From: Escherichia coli
Lineage (GTDB): Bacteria; Pseudomonadota; Gammaproteobacteria; Enterobacterales; Enterobacteriaceae
Direction: 5' to 3' (one strand)
DNA length: 64,000 nt
NCBI RefSeq assembly: GCF_013315695.1
Contig: NZ_CP054353.1
Shown here: positions 37,688 to 50,034 of the stretch, piece by piece
Numbering within the stretch: position 1 is the stretch's first letter
Layout of the letters: the number at the start of each line of letters is the position of its first letter
Program-made: the position numbers and the translations under genes
Notes under the pieces: generated by a model
The model's input: the letters and a program-made list of their open reading frames with translations, nothing else
Databases searched by the model: none
What the model was told of the DNA's origin: nothing

Positions 37688-39046
37688 ATGAGTAATGTTA
37701 TTGCATCGCTTGAAAAGGTACTCCTCCCTTTTGCAGTTAAAATAGGAAAGCAGCCACACGTTAATGCAATCAAAAATGGCTTTATTCGCTTAATGCCGTT
37801 AACCCTTGCGGGGGCCATGTTTGTATTAATTAACAACGTTTTTCTAAGCTTTGGGGAGGGGTCGTTTTTTTATTCCTTAGGTATTCGCCTGGATGCCTCA
37901 ACCATTGAAACACTTAATGGTCTGAAAGGTATTGGCGGTAACGTATATAACGGAACATTAGGGATAATGTCTTTAATGGCACCGTTCTTTATTGGCATGG
38001 CGCTGGCAGAAGAGCGTAAAGTCGATGCGCTGGCGGCCGGGTTGTTATCCGTTGCAGCATTTATGACCGTCACCCCATATAGTGTCGGTGAGGCCTATGC
38101 GGTTGGCGCAAACTGGTTAGGTGGGGCGAATATCATCTCCGGGATTATTATTGGCCTGGTGGTGGCAGAAATGTTTACCTTTATTGTCCGCCGCAATTGG
38201 GTCATTAAATTGCCCGATAGCGTACCTGCTTCAGTATCGCGTTCCTTCTCGGCTTTAATTCCCGGCTTTATTATTCTTTCCGTGATGGGGATTATTGCCT
38301 GGGCGTTGAATACCTGGGGCACCAACTTCCATCAGATCATCATGGATACCATCTCAACCCCACTGGCATCGTTGGGTAGCGTGGTGGGCTGGGCCTATGT
38401 GATCTTTGTTCCACTGCTCTGGTTCTTCGGTATTCATGGCGCGCTGGCGCTGACCGCACTGGACAACGGCATTATGACGCCGTGGGCGCTGGAAAATATC
38501 GCGACCTATCAGCAATATGGTTCCGTCGAAGCGGCGCTGGCAGCCGGTAAGACCTTCCATATCTGGGCCAAGCCGATGCTGGACTCCTTTATTTTCCTCG
38601 GTGGCAGTGGTGCGACTTTGGGTCTGATCCTGGCTATCTTTATCGCCTCTCGCCGTGCTGATTATCGTCAGGTGGCAAAACTGGCGCTGCCGTCCGGCAT
38701 CTTCCAGATTAACGAACCGATTCTGTTTGGTCTGCCAATTATCATGAACCCGGTGATGTTTATCCCGTTTGTACTGGTACAACCGATTCTGGCGGCAATC
38801 ACCCTGGCAGCGTACTACATGGGCATTATTCCTCCGGTGACCAATATTGCACCGTGGACCATGCCAACCGGTCTGGGAGCCTTCTTTAACACCAACGGTA
38901 GCGTCGCCGCATTGCTGGTCGCACTCTTCAACCTTGGTATCGCAACGTTAATTTATCTGCCCTTTGTTGTGGTCGCTAACAAAGCACAAAACGCGATTGA
39001 TAAAGAAGAGAGCGAAGAAGATATCGCTAACGCCCTGAAATTTTAA
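37688..39046 (+). CDS. chbC: PTS chitobiose-specific IIC permease
   Basis: 452-aa polytopic lactose/cellobiose-family EIIC ORF. Confidence 0.93.
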
Positions 39047-39096
39047 TCGATGCCGGTACGGGTAATCGTGCCGGTAAGAAAAGAGAGGAACGATGT

Positions 39097-39447
39097 ATGA
39101 TGGATCTCGATAACATTCCCGATACGCAAACAGAAGCTGAAGAGCTGGAAGAAGTGGTGATGGGGCTTATCATCAACTCCGGGCAAGCGCGCAGCCTGGC
39201 GTATGCGGCACTGAAACAGGCGAAGCAGGGCGATTTTGCCGCAGCAAAAGCCATGATGGATCAGTCACGGATGGCATTGAATGAAGCGCATCTGGTACAG
39301 ACGAAACTGATTGAAGGCGATGCGGGCGAAGGTAAGATGAAAGTGAGTCTGGTGCTGGTCCACGCTCAGGATCATTTAATGACGTCCATGCTTGCGCGTG
39401 AACTGATTACTGAATTAATTGAGCTTCATGAAAAACTGAAGGCATAA
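39097..39447 (+). CDS. chbA: PTS chitobiose-specific IIA component
   Basis: 116-aa helical EIIA(Lac/Cel) ORF. Confidence 0.92.
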   Translation: MMDLDNIPDTQTEAEELEEVVMGLIINSGQARSLAYAALKQAKQGDFAAAKAMMDQSRMALNEAHLVQTKLIEGDAGEGKMKVSLVLVHAQDHLMTSMLARELITELIELHEKLKA

Positions 39448-39454
39448 GGAGTCG

Positions 39455-40297
39455 ATGATGCAGCCAGTGATTAACGCGCCGGAAATTGCCACTGCCCGAG
39501 AACAGCAGTTGTTTAATGGCAAAAACTTCCATGTGTTTATCTACAACAAAACTGAGAGTATCAGCGGACTGCATCAGCACGACTATTATGAATTTACTCT
39601 GGTATTGACCGGGCGTTATTTCCAGGAGATTAACGGTAAGCGCGTGTTACTGGAACGGGGCGATTTTGTTTTTATTCCGTTAGGTTCGCACCATCAAAGT
39701 TTTTATGAGTTTGGTGCCACGCGCATATTGAACGTTGGGATCAGTAAACGCTTTTTTGAGCAGCATTACCTGCCGTTGTTGCCTTATTGCTTTGTAGCTT
39801 CGCAGGTATACCGGACCAATAACGCTTTTCTCACCTATGTGGAAACAGTGATTTCTTCATTGAATTTCCGCGAAACAGGGCTGGAAGAGTTTGTTGAGAT
39901 GGTTACTTTTTATGTCATTAACCGTTTACGTCATTACCGCGAAGAACAGGTGATTGATGATGTACCGCAGTGGCTGAAAAGTACGGTAGAAAAGATGCAT
40001 GATAAAGAGCAGTTTAGTGAATCGGCACTGGAGAATATGGTGACGTTGTCAGCCAAATCACAGGAATATTTGACGCGAGCGACTCAACGATATTATGGCA
40101 AAACGCCAATGCAGATTATTAATGAAATCCGTATTAATTTTGCCAAAAAACAACTGGAAATGACCAACTATTCAGTGACGGATATTGCGTTTGAGGCCGG
40201 TTATAGTAGCCCGAGTTTGTTTATTAAAACGTTTAAGAAATTAACGTCCTTTACGCCTAAGAGCTATCGTAAGAAATTGACTGAATTTAATCAGTAA
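39455..40297 (+). CDS. chbR: AraC-family dual regulator of the chb operon
   Basis: 280-aa ORF with a C-terminal AraC-type HTH. Confidence 0.9.
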   Translation: MMQPVINAPEIATAREQQLFNGKNFHVFIYNKTESISGLHQHDYYEFTLVLTGRYFQEINGKRVLLERGDFVFIPLGSHHQSFYEFGATRILNVGISKRFFEQHYLPLLPYCFVASQVYRTNNAFLTYVETVISSLNFRETGLEEFVEMVTFYVINRLRHYREEQVIDDVPQWLKSTVEKMHDKEQFSESALENMVTLSAKSQEYLTRATQRYYGKTPMQIINEIRINFAKKQLEMTNYSVTDIAFEAGYSSPSLFIKTFKKLTSFTPKSYRKKLTEFNQ

Positions 40298-40401
40298 GTC
40301 GTTATACCTGACAATTCACATATCTGTCCTGTTGCTGGATTATTTATGTCCGGGGGGGCAGATATGCCAGATATCAGTATTCTGTACTGAAGGGAGAAAT
40401 T

Positions 40402-41754
40402 ATGAGCCAGAAATTAAAAGTCGTCACTATTGGTGGCGGGAGCAGCTATACCCCGGAGTTACTGGAAGGATTTATTAAGCGTTATCACGAATTGCCGGTC
40501 AGCGAATTATGGCTGGTGGATGTCGAAGATGGTAAAGAGAAACTGGATATTATTTTTGATCTCTGCCAACGGATGATTGATAACGCTGGCGTCCCGATGA
40601 AGCTTTATAAAACGCTGGATCGCCGCGAAGCATTGAAAGATGCTGATTTCGTTACTACCCAACTGCGCGTAGGCCAATTACCGGCGCGCGAACTGGATGA
40701 ACGTATTCCATTAAGTCATGGTTATCTTGGTCAGGAAACTAACGGCGCGGGCGGTCTGTTTAAAGGTCTGCGTACCATTCCGGTGATTTTTGACATCGTA
40801 AAAGATGTCGAAGAACTTTGTCCGAATGCATGGGTGATTAACTTCACTAACCCGGCGGGAATGGTCACTGAAGCCGTTTATCGTCATACCGGATTTAAAC
40901 GCTTTATCGGCGTGTGTAATATTCCGATCGGCATGAAGATGTTTATTCGCGATGTTCTGATGCTGAAAGACAGCGATGATTTATCTATCGATCTGTTCGG
41001 CCTCAACCATATGGTGTTCATTAAAGATGTGCTGGTAAATGGCAAATCACGCTTTGCCGAATTGCTTGATGGTGTGGCATCCGGGCAGTTAAAAGCATCT
41101 GGCGTTAAAAATATTTTCGATCTGCCATTTAGCGAAGGCTTAATTCGTTCTCTGAATCTGTTGCCGTGTTCTTATTTGCTTTATTACTTCAAGCAAAAAG
41201 AGATGCTGGCTATTGAAATGGGCGAATACTACAAAGGCGGCGCACGAGCGCAGGTAGTACAGAAAGTCGAGAAACAACTTTTTGAGCTGTATAAAAACCC
41301 GGAGTTGAAAGTTAAGCCGAAAGAACTGGAACAGCGCGGTGGGGCTTATTACTCTGATGCTGCGTGCGAAGTGATCAACGCTATCTACAACGACAAGCAA
41401 GCTGAACATTACGTTAATATCCCGCATCATGGGCATATTGATAATATTCCGGCAGACTGGGCGGTAGAAATGACCTGTACGCTGGGGCGCGATGGCGCGA
41501 CGCCACATCCGCGCATTACGCATTTCGATGATAAAGTGATGGGGCTGATTCACACCATTAAAGGCTTCGAGATTGCTGCCAGCAACGCCGCACTTAGCGG
41601 AGAGTTTAACGATGTGTTACTGGCCCTAAACCTTAGTCCGTTGGTGCATTCCGATCGCGATGCTGAGCTGCTGGCACGCGAGATGATTCTGGCGCACGAG
41701 AAATGGTTGCCAAATTTTGCCGACTGCATCGCAGAGCTTAAAAAAGCACATTAA
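40402..41754 (+). CDS. chbF: family-4 glycosidase, NAD/Mn-dependent 6-phospho-beta-glucosidase
   Basis: 450-aa ORF with N-terminal Rossmann motif (VVTIGGGSSYTPEL). Confidence 0.93.
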   Translation: MSQKLKVVTIGGGSSYTPELLEGFIKRYHELPVSELWLVDVEDGKEKLDIIFDLCQRMIDNAGVPMKLYKTLDRREALKDADFVTTQLRVGQLPARELDERIPLSHGYLGQETNGAGGLFKGLRTIPVIFDIVKDVEELCPNAWVINFTNPAGMVTEAVYRHTGFKRFIGVCNIPIGMKMFIRDVLMLKDSDDLSIDLFGLNHMVFIKDVLVNGKSRFAELLDGVASGQLKASGVKNIFDLPFSEGLIRSLNLLPCSYLLYYFKQKEMLAIEMGEYYKGGARAQVVQKVEKQLFELYKNPELKVKPKELEQRGGAYYSDAACEVINAIYNDKQAEHYVNIPHHGHIDNIPADWAVEMTCTLGRDGATPHPRITHFDDKVMGLIHTIKGFEIAASNAALSGEFNDVLLALNLSPLVHSDRDAELLAREMILAHEKWLPNFADCIAELKKAH

Positions 41755-42516
<762 letters not shown>

Positions 42517-42526
42517 GTAAGGTGGT

Positions 42527-42554
42527 AAGGTCACTCCCCAGGGGGCGTGACCTT
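42527..42554. terminator. shared hairpin between convergent chbG and katE
   Basis: AAGGTCAC...GTGACCTT perfect 8-bp stem with an inner CCCC/GGGG pairing in the 46-bp spacer. Confidence 0.55.
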
Positions 42555-42562
42555 ATCCATAT

Positions 42563-44824
42563 TTACGCCGGAATTTTGTCAATCTTAGGAATGCGTGACC
42601 ACACGCGGTGTGCTGCCATCAGCGTTAACAGTTCATCCATAAAACTACCATCGGCGCTGTCAGCTTCCACAATCCCTTCTTCACCCTGATCAGCGACCTT
42701 GATTCTTACTTTAAACTTGCGCGCGTCTCCTGCCAGCGCAATCGGTTTAAGGTGTTTGTAGGCTTCCATCAGGTAGTAGTTGGCATCGCCGTTGTCAGCG
42801 ATATCCGCGATATTGCCGCAAGGGACAATAACCGCATCGACCGTCAGCGAAGGCGCTCCGGCAAATGTAGCGGCTATAGGCAGCACCGTACCGTCATCCG
42901 CAGTCACTTCACCCATTCGGGAGTAGAGCAGTTTGGCATGAACGCCTTTGGCCTTCAGCGCCTTGAGAATGGCCAGAAGGTCTGCCGATCTCACTTCATC
43001 ATTAAGTAAAATCGCTACCACGCGACCTTTCACATCACCGTCAGGAATGGCGTACAAACTTAAGGATGGATCCTTTTTCAGACCGTTGACGTCCGGAGGC
43101 GGGGTGATATTCAGCTGGTCGTCCGTCAGCTCGATACCGAGATTTTTCGCCACCGCCTGGGCCAGAGTGAGATCAATATGTGCCAGCTGGTCAACAACGC
43201 GCTCACGAATATACGGACGAACTACTTTGCTTAACTCAAAACTGAAACCATCGACAATATGGCGCTGCTCGAATGGCGTCTGACTTAGCCAGAACAGACG
43301 CGGATGGGAATAATATTCGCCAAACGATGGGCTGCGCTCGCGAACTTTATTGCCTTCCACGCGCTCCTGGTATGATTCAAAACCGCCGCGTTTCGGCCCC
43401 GGCGGTGTTTCGCGCGGCCAGTTATCGTTGATCGAGTTCGGTTCATAATTCGCCGGGTTAGTGTCGATCCCCATACGATGCATGCCGTCACGCTGGAAAT
43501 TATGGTAAGGGCAGGTCGGGCGGTTAATCGGAATCTCATGGAAATTTGGTCCGCCAAGACGACTGATTTGTGTATCGGTATAAGAGAACAAACGCCCCTG
43601 CAACAGCGGATCGTTGGTGAAGTCCAGACCAGGAACAATATGACCTGGATGGAATGCTGCTTGTTCGTTTTCGGCAAAGAAGTTATCCGGATTGCGATTG
43701 AGCACCATTTTGCCGACACGCTGAACGGGCACCAGTTCTTCCGGGATAAGTTTAGTTGGATCAAGAAGGTCGAAGTCGAACTTAAATTCATCTTCCTCAG
43801 GAATCAACTGGAAGCCCAGTTCGTATTCCGGAAAATCGCCGGCTTCAATCGCTTCCCACAACTCGCGGCGGTGGAAGTCCGGGTCACGTCCGGTTAGTTT
43901 TTGTGCTTCATCCCAAACGAGTGAGGCTTTACCTGCCAGTGGTTTCCAGTGGAAACGTACGAACGTTGCCTTCCCTTCGGCATTAATCAGGCGGAAGGTG
44001 TGAATACCGAAGCCTTCCATGGTGCGGTAACTGCGCGGGATACCGCGATCCGACATCGCCCACATCACGTTGTGCAGAGTTTCAGGTTGCAGAGAAACAT
44101 AATCCCAGAAAGTATCGTGGGCGCTTTGCCCTTGTGGAATTGCCCAGTGTGGTTCTGGTTTTACCGCATGCACAAAATCAGGGAATTTATGCGCATCCTG
44201 GATAAAGAAGATTGGCGTGTTATTGCCAACAAGGTCAAAAATACCCTCTTCGGTATAGAACTTGGTGGCAAAGCCACGGATATCACGCACGGTATCGGCA
44301 GAGCCAGCACCACCCTGAACGGTAGAGAAACGTACAAATACTGGGGTGATTTTGTTCGGATCTGAGAGGAAATCCGCTTTGGTAATATCGCTTAAGCTTT
44401 TATATGGCTGGAAATAACCGTGAGCGGCTGATCCGCGTGCATGAACAATACGTTCCGGGATGCGCTCATGGTCAAAGTGGGTGATTTTCTCGCGCAGAAT
44501 AAAATCTTCCAGCAGCGTTGGACCACGGTTACCGGCACGCAGTGAGTTTTGATCGTCGGCGATGCGCACGCCCTGATTAGTGGTCAGCGCATAATTTTCA
44601 CTGCCTTTGCGTACGTCTTCCAGAGAATTAAGTTTTTCGTTACGCGTATCAGGGGCTTTCAGGCTCCCAGGGGCGGTAGGTTGTGCACCTGGCGGTGTTG
44701 GTTCAGCCGCTGGACGATGAGATCCGTCTTCAGGTGCCAGTGAGTCCATCCCCGGTTTCGCTTCGCTGGAATCGTGTAGTGGTGACTGGTGCTGATGTGG
44801 GTTCTTTTCGTTATGTTGCGACAT
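42563..44824 (-). CDS. katE: catalase HPII (large-subunit monofunctional catalase)
   Basis: 753-aa ORF with catalase core and C-terminal flavodoxin-like domain. Confidence 0.95.
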   Translation of the reverse strand: MSQHNEKNPHQHQSPLHDSSEAKPGMDSLAPEDGSHRPAAEPTPPGAQPTAPGSLKAPDTRNEKLNSLEDVRKGSENYALTTNQGVRIADDQNSLRAGNRGPTLLEDFILREKITHFDHERIPERIVHARGSAAHGYFQPYKSLSDITKADFLSDPNKITPVFVRFSTVQGGAGSADTVRDIRGFATKFYTEEGIFDLVGNNTPIFFIQDAHKFPDFVHAVKPEPHWAIPQGQSAHDTFWDYVSLQPETLHNVMWAMSDRGIPRSYRTMEGFGIHTFRLINAEGKATFVRFHWKPLAGKASLVWDEAQKLTGRDPDFHRRELWEAIEAGDFPEYELGFQLIPEEDEFKFDFDLLDPTKLIPEELVPVQRVGKMVLNRNPDNFFAENEQAAFHPGHIVPGLDFTNDPLLQGRLFSYTDTQISRLGGPNFHEIPINRPTCPYHNFQRDGMHRMGIDTNPANYEPNSINDNWPRETPPGPKRGGFESYQERVEGNKVRERSPSFGEYYSHPRLFWLSQTPFEQRHIVDGFSFELSKVVRPYIRERVVDQLAHIDLTLAQAVAKNLGIELTDDQLNITPPPDVNGLKKDPSLSLYAIPDGDVKGRVVAILLNDEVRSADLLAILKALKAKGVHAKLLYSRMGEVTADDGTVLPIAATFAGAPSLTVDAVIVPCGNIADIADNGDANYYLMEAYKHLKPIALAGDARKFKVRIKVADQGEEGIVEADSADGSFMDELLTLMAAHRVWSRIPKIDKIPA

Positions 44825-45027
44825 TGAACTCGTCTCCTTAAATTATTACTGAAAGGGCCGCTGTTTTGGTCAAAAAACCCTCTAACTATAGACCACCAGT
44901 CAGATCCCGCTTCGGAGACTATTCTGGAAACGGTGTTATGAAATACACGCAAAGCAGGACGTACAGGGGCTAAATCGGCTAAACTACAGTTTTTCTGATT
45001 TTTAATATGCGTTTAGTGAAGCCAGTA

Positions 45028-45270
45028 ATGAAGAAACCGCTCCGTCAGCAAAACCGCCAGATTATTAGCTATGTCCCACGCACGGAACCCGCGCCGCCAG
45101 AACATGCGATAAAGATGGATTCGTTTCGTGATGTCTGGATGCTGCGTGGCAAATATGTTGCGTTTGTACTGATGGGGGAGTCATTTATGCGCTCACCGGC
45201 GTTTACTGTGCCTGAATCCGCCCAGCGTTGGGCAAATCAGATCCGCCAGGAAGGGGAAGTGACTGAGTAA
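45028..45270 (+). CDS. cedA: cell-division modulator CedA
   Basis: ORF 45007..45270 trimmed to MKKPLRQQNRQ (80 aa). Confidence 0.85.
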   Translation: MKKPLRQQNRQIISYVPRTEPAPPEHAIKMDSFRDVWMLRGKYVAFVLMGESFMRSPAFTVPESAQRWANQIRQEGEVTE

Positions 45271-45558
45271 AGATTACGTACCTCCCGGTTTTGCCGGGAG
45301 TTACATGGCCTGAAATTTTGTATTTCATTGCTACATTCATTCAAACCACCTGTAACAAAAAGCTGCCTTTGACGATCTATTGCTATAAATAAGTGAACTT
45401 TTTTCTTTAATTGTTTATTTATTTTAAAATGGTTAAGTTTTGCTAATCATGATGAGCTATTTTTGATAGTTCATCCTGTGGCGTCGCTCTTAAACTTATA
45501 TTGTAAATGACTTAGATTTAAATGAGATAATAATTTTGTTAACAATATGAGGCGGGAG

Positions 45559-46362
45559 ATGCTTTCTACAAACTTAATACAGAGTAATTATGGTGATTTA
45601 AATATTAAAAGCCTGGCTTTCGACTCTTTTAAAGAAAGGCTGCAGTCTACTATGACAGCACTCACTTTCTTTATATCAACGGGTCAATGTGACTGCGATG
45701 AAATAGCAGAATCAAACTTTAATTATATGATTGCCTATATGTCTAACATTAACTATGATGCCTCAAAGCCAGGAGCGCCAGCACTTAGTTTTGATACATA
45801 TCTGCAGGACAATGTTAAATATAGAGTAATAATTAATAATCTTTATGGTAGTGAAATTCGGATAAGGGGTATAAATAAGGATTTTATTGGAATGGATGTC
45901 ACTTCTGTATTTCGCCCAGAAAAAATGACCAATTTGATCAATATAAAAAACAGGTTGGTTATTCACTATTTAAGGACTATATACTATGAACAAAATTATA
46001 TACATCCTGTCGGGAGCATTTTTGCTGCGATTCAAAAAAATGAGAGTCTCCTAAAGTTTCCTTCGATAATATCAATGCTTAATATCAGTCTTCTTTTTAA
46101 TCCACTAAATCTTCCGCGAATGGGAAATGGTGTGCTTGAAGATATTATGAGTATTCCAGATAGTTCACTTAGAAAACGTCTCGGGTATGAGGTTTTAAGC
46201 TTCTCGCTACAGGCACATTCATTGAGCCAGGAATGTATTGATAAGTTGGCCATTTTTTTCGCTGACGATCTGTTTCAATATGAGTCAGTATGCATCGCCG
46301 CGATGGAACATTTAAAAAGTAAGGCAACGGCTCCTATACAAAACGGACCGTTGCCAGCATAA
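45559..46362 (+). CDS. ydjO: protein of unknown function
   Basis: ORF 45547..46362 trimmed to MLSTNLIQ; AT-rich coding sequence with an AT-rich upstream region. Confidence 0.75.
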   Translation: MLSTNLIQSNYGDLNIKSLAFDSFKERLQSTMTALTFFISTGQCDCDEIAESNFNYMIAYMSNINYDASKPGAPALSFDTYLQDNVKYRVIINNLYGSEIRIRGINKDFIGMDVTSVFRPEKMTNLINIKNRLVIHYLRTIYYEQNYIHPVGSIFAAIQKNESLLKFPSIISMLNISLLFNPLNLPRMGNGVLEDIMSIPDSSLRKRLGYEVLSFSLQAHSLSQECIDKLAIFFADDLFQYESVCIAAMEHLKSKATAPIQNGPLPA

Positions 46363-46365
46363 GAA

Positions 46366-47757
46366 TTAACGGTGTGCCAGTTCGGCGTCGTCTTCGCTAT
46401 CCAGAATGGCTTTATCGGTTTGCTTCAGCCACTGGCTGGTCAGCGTGCCAGCGGTCATCGAGCCACTAACGTTTAGCGCCGTACGCCCCATGTCGATAAG
46501 CGGTTCAACGGAGATTAACAATGCCACCAGCGTTACAGGCAGGCCCATCGCAGGCAGCACAATCAGTGCGGCGAAAGTTGCACCACCACCGACACCGGCA
46601 ACGCCTGCGGAACTAACGGTAACAATACCGACCAGCGTCGCAATCCACATCGGGTCCATCGGGTTAATGCCAACCGTAGGCGCAACCATCACCGCCAGCA
46701 TCGCCGGATACAAACCGGCACAGCCGTTCTGACCAATGGTTGCACCGAAAGAGGCGGCGAAACTGGCGATGGATTCAGGAACGCCCAGACGACGCGTTTG
46801 TGCTTCCACATTCAGTGGGATAGACGCAGCACTGGAACGGCTGGTAAAAGCAAACGTCAGAACTGGCCATACCTTACGGAAGTATTTCAGCGGGCTCACG
46901 CCATTAATGCCCAGCAGAAGGCCATGCACTGCAAACATAATCAGCAGACCGAGGTAGGACGCGACAACGAAACTTCCCAGTTTGATGATGTCTTGCAGGT
47001 TAGAACCTGCAACCACTTTGGTCATCAGCGCCAGAACGCCGTAAGGGGTCAGCTGCATGACCAGGCGAACCAGTTTCATCACCCAGCTTTGCAGGGTATC
47101 GATAGCGGTTAAGACGCGTTCACCTTTCGGCGCATCATCCTTCAGCAGCTTGAGCGCAGCTACGCCGAGGAATGCGGCAAAAATTACCACGCTGATAATT
47201 GACGTCGGATTGGCTCCGGTCAAATCGGCAAACGGGTTTTTCGGGATAAAGGACAAGACCAGCTGCGGAACGCTCAGGTCAGAGACTTTACCAACATAGT
47301 TACTTTCAATGGCGTTCAGACGTGCAGTTTCTGCACCACCCTGAACCAGACCTTCAGCCGTCAAACCAAACAGGTTGGTGACCAGCACACCGACCAGCGC
47401 CGCAATCAGCGTGGTAAACAAAAGCGTACCGATGGTCAGAAAACTAATTTTGCCTAACTGAGATGCGTTATGCAGACGGGCAACCGCGCTCAGAATAGAG
47501 GCGAAGACTAACGGCATAACGATCATTTGCAGCAGTTGAACATAGCCGTTACCAACAATGTTAAACCACTGTACAGAATCTTTAAGTACCTGGCTGTCAG
47601 AACCATAAATGGTATGCAGGGCGAGGCCAAAAACCACACCCATCACCAGACCCACCAGCACTTTTTTCGCCAGACTCCACTGTTTATGGCGGGTCTGAGC
47701 CAGCGCAAACAGCAGTACAACGAACACCACGATGTTCGCAATTAATGGAAAGTTCAT
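46366..47757 (-). CDS. tcyP: L-cystine/dicarboxylate:cation symporter (DAACS family)
   Basis: 463-aa polytopic ORF; sequence and position match E. coli ydjN/tcyP. Confidence 0.92.
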   Translation of the reverse strand: MNFPLIANIVVFVVLLFALAQTRHKQWSLAKKVLVGLVMGVVFGLALHTIYGSDSQVLKDSVQWFNIVGNGYVQLLQMIVMPLVFASILSAVARLHNASQLGKISFLTIGTLLFTTLIAALVGVLVTNLFGLTAEGLVQGGAETARLNAIESNYVGKVSDLSVPQLVLSFIPKNPFADLTGANPTSIISVVIFAAFLGVAALKLLKDDAPKGERVLTAIDTLQSWVMKLVRLVMQLTPYGVLALMTKVVAGSNLQDIIKLGSFVVASYLGLLIMFAVHGLLLGINGVSPLKYFRKVWPVLTFAFTSRSSAASIPLNVEAQTRRLGVPESIASFAASFGATIGQNGCAGLYPAMLAVMVAPTVGINPMDPMWIATLVGIVTVSSAGVAGVGGGATFAALIVLPAMGLPVTLVALLISVEPLIDMGRTALNVSGSMTAGTLTSQWLKQTDKAILDSEDDAELAHR

Positions 47758-47889
47758 CCCCGTTCTCCTGATCTTATTATTTCTATCACTGCGTAGCAGT
47801 CATAGTGTTGGCGCAAGATTAACAGAACTGTGAGCTGGCTCTTATATTCAAATGGAATTGCTTATTCCAGAAAGGTGATTTTTGCCTTT

Positions 47890-48480
47890 TTAGTATTCAA
47901 CCTGATGCTTAATAAGCCGATGAAACTGGATCTGCAAAGTATTGATCATTTGCGATGACCAACGAACAGCGCTGTTTTCGGGTAATGAATGAGGCATCCA
48001 TACCGACCAGACAAATAATGCCATGCAGATAAAACGTTCCAGTTGGTTGCCCTTTTGGGGAACCAGGATAGGCAAGCGGAAACGCCAGCGGCATGGCCAG
48101 AGCAGGGGAACACCGGCGGGTGTCAGCATATCGGCAAGTATGTGGCTCAAATAACCCAGCACCATGCCCTGCAATGCATCAGCCGGAATGAACCAGCTTT
48201 CAGGAATCTTAAGGTAAAAGGTTGCCAGCAGCGCAAATACCGCCAGCAGACTGTGGGTAAAACCACGATGCCCAAAAGCGCGGGCGATCGGTTTTGATAT
48301 CCACTTTAATCGCTGCCCAAGAAACGACTTTGGGTGATCGATGTCCGGTAACAAACACGTCAGGATTGCGGAAGGGACAATATGCCACCAGTCACCCTGT
48401 GCCAGCACGGGCGTCAGCTCGGCATTTTTGGCAAATACCGCACAAGCAATAGAAAAGAGAAGGTGACCTTCCGCCGTCAT
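47890..48480 (-). CDS. ydjM: LexA-regulated inner-membrane metal-dependent hydrolase-like protein
   Basis: ORF trimmed to MTAEGHLLFSIA (196 aa); a LexA box lies just upstream. Confidence 0.85.
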   Translation of the reverse strand: MTAEGHLLFSIACAVFAKNAELTPVLAQGDWWHIVPSAILTCLLPDIDHPKSFLGQRLKWISKPIARAFGHRGFTHSLLAVFALLATFYLKIPESWFIPADALQGMVLGYLSHILADMLTPAGVPLLWPCRWRFRLPILVPQKGNQLERFICMALFVWSVWMPHSLPENSAVRWSSQMINTLQIQFHRLIKHQVEY

Positions 48481-48496
48481 GATAAAACTCACTAAA

Positions 48497-48512
48497 CTGT
48501 CGATACGTACAG
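48497..48512 (-). promoter_or_regulatory. LexA (SOS) box CTGTACGTATCGACAG
   Basis: Perfect CTGT-N8-ACAG palindrome 17 nt upstream of the ydjM start; a second, imperfect box (CTGTATAAAAATCCTA) adjoins at 48513..48530. Confidence 0.65.
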
Positions 48513-48642
48513 TATAGGATTTTTATACAGTGCGCGGAAGTGGTGACGGTGTAACTCTTTCTCTTAAATTGACGATTAATCCGTCAGTTGAATGCAAATT
48601 CAGATAAAGAACCAGGAGCAGTGTGATCACTGCCCCTGGTCA

Positions 48643-49311
48643 TTAACCGAGAAGGTCTTTTGCGGTGAGTTCTGTCAGCGATGAGAGTTTGACGTTTGCT
48701 AATACAAAACGTGGATCATTTTGCGCTTCTGGCGCAGGAACGACGATGGAACGCATGCGGGCTGCTTTAGAAGCGATCATGCCATTTACCGAGTCTTCCA
48801 GCGCCACGCAGGTCAGTGGGTCAACGCCCAGTTTTGCTGCACAGTCGAGATATACTTGCGGATGCGGCTTGCTGTAAGGCAATTTTTCAGCCGAGGCGAG
48901 GGCATCGAAACTGTCGCGTAAGTCAAACATGGTCAACACTTTTTCCAGCATATGTAGTGGTGACGCGGAGGCCAGTCCCACCAATAAACCTTGTTCTTTG
49001 CATAACGCAACGGCTTCACGCACGCCTGGCAATAATGGGCGTGTCTCTTCAACCAGTGAAATGGCACGAGCAATAACCCGTTCTACTACTTCCTGACGGC
49101 TTGGCCCATTCCAGGGTTGCCGGGCGTACCAAAGATCGACCACCATATCGATGCGTAAACCTAAAGTGTCCGGCAGCTCGTTACGACGGGAGATATCCAC
49201 CCCCAGGCTTGCCATCACATCCAGTTCAGCTCGATCCCATAAAGGTTCTGAGTCGATAAGTAATCCATCCATATCAAAAATTGCAGCAAGAATCTGACGC
49301 GGGGTTGACAT
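48643..49311 (-). CDS. yniC: HAD-superfamily sugar phosphatase (2-deoxyglucose-6-phosphatase)
   Basis: 222-aa ORF with HAD motif I (FDMDGLLIDSEP). Confidence 0.9.
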   Translation of the reverse strand: MSTPRQILAAIFDMDGLLIDSEPLWDRAELDVMASLGVDISRRNELPDTLGLRIDMVVDLWYARQPWNGPSRQEVVERVIARAISLVEETRPLLPGVREAVALCKEQGLLVGLASASPLHMLEKVLTMFDLRDSFDALASAEKLPYSKPHPQVYLDCAAKLGVDPLTCVALEDSVNGMIASKAARMRSIVVPAPEAQNDPRFVLANVKLSSLTELTAKDLLG

Positions 49312-49457
49312 TACAACCTCTCCTTTAGAGCATTATGTGTAAGGTATTAAGCCGTGCTTATGATTAAGCGCCTATCATATCGCCTTTAAAGAATGGGCGA
49401 AAACAGATATCTACAGGTAAACTAAGTGAAACGACGCGTCTTAATCAAGGAGAACTC

Positions 49458-49994
49458 ATGACGTATCAACAAGCTGGACGCATTGCTGTTTTGAAAAGGA
49501 TTTTGGGTTGGGTGATTTTTATACCTGCATTGATCTCTACATTGATTTCTTTGCTTAAATTTATGAATACCCGGCAGGAAAACCAGGAAGGCATTAATGC
49601 GGTCATGCTCGATTTTACTCATGTCATGATCGATATGATGCAGGCGAATACGCCTTTTTTGAATCTGTTCTGGTATAACTCCCCGACGCCCAATTTTAAT
49701 GGTGGCGTGAACGTTATGTTCTGGGTGATTTTCATCCTGATTTTTGTCGGACTGGCGTTGCAGGATTCCGGTGCCCGGATGAGTCGCCAGGCGCGCTTCT
49801 TGCGGGAAGGTGTTGAAGATCAACTCATTCTGGAAAAAGCCAAAGGGGAAGAGGGGCTAACGCGTGAACAAATTGAGTCACGTATTGTTGTGCCGCACCA
49901 TACTATTTTCCTGCAGTTTTTCTCGCTGTATATCCTGCCGGTTATTTGTATTGCTGCAGGTTATGTGTTCTTTTCTCTGCTGGGGTTTATTTAA
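49458..49994 (+). CDS. yniB: inner-membrane protein of unknown function
   Basis: 178-aa ORF with several hydrophobic helices. Confidence 0.85.
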   Translation: MTYQQAGRIAVLKRILGWVIFIPALISTLISLLKFMNTRQENQEGINAVMLDFTHVMIDMMQANTPFLNLFWYNSPTPNFNGGVNVMFWVIFILIFVGLALQDSGARMSRQARFLREGVEDQLILEKAKGEEGLTREQIESRIVVPHHTIFLQFFSLYILPVICIAAGYVFFSLLGFI

Positions 49995-50034
49995 TCAAAA
50001 GGCCGCACGGAGCGGCCATTATCCTCACCCCATA

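Noticed and set aside
43285-43791. 168-aa minus-strand ORF in a different frame within katE
   Set aside because: Same strand as katE but out of frame and fully contained in it; no start context.
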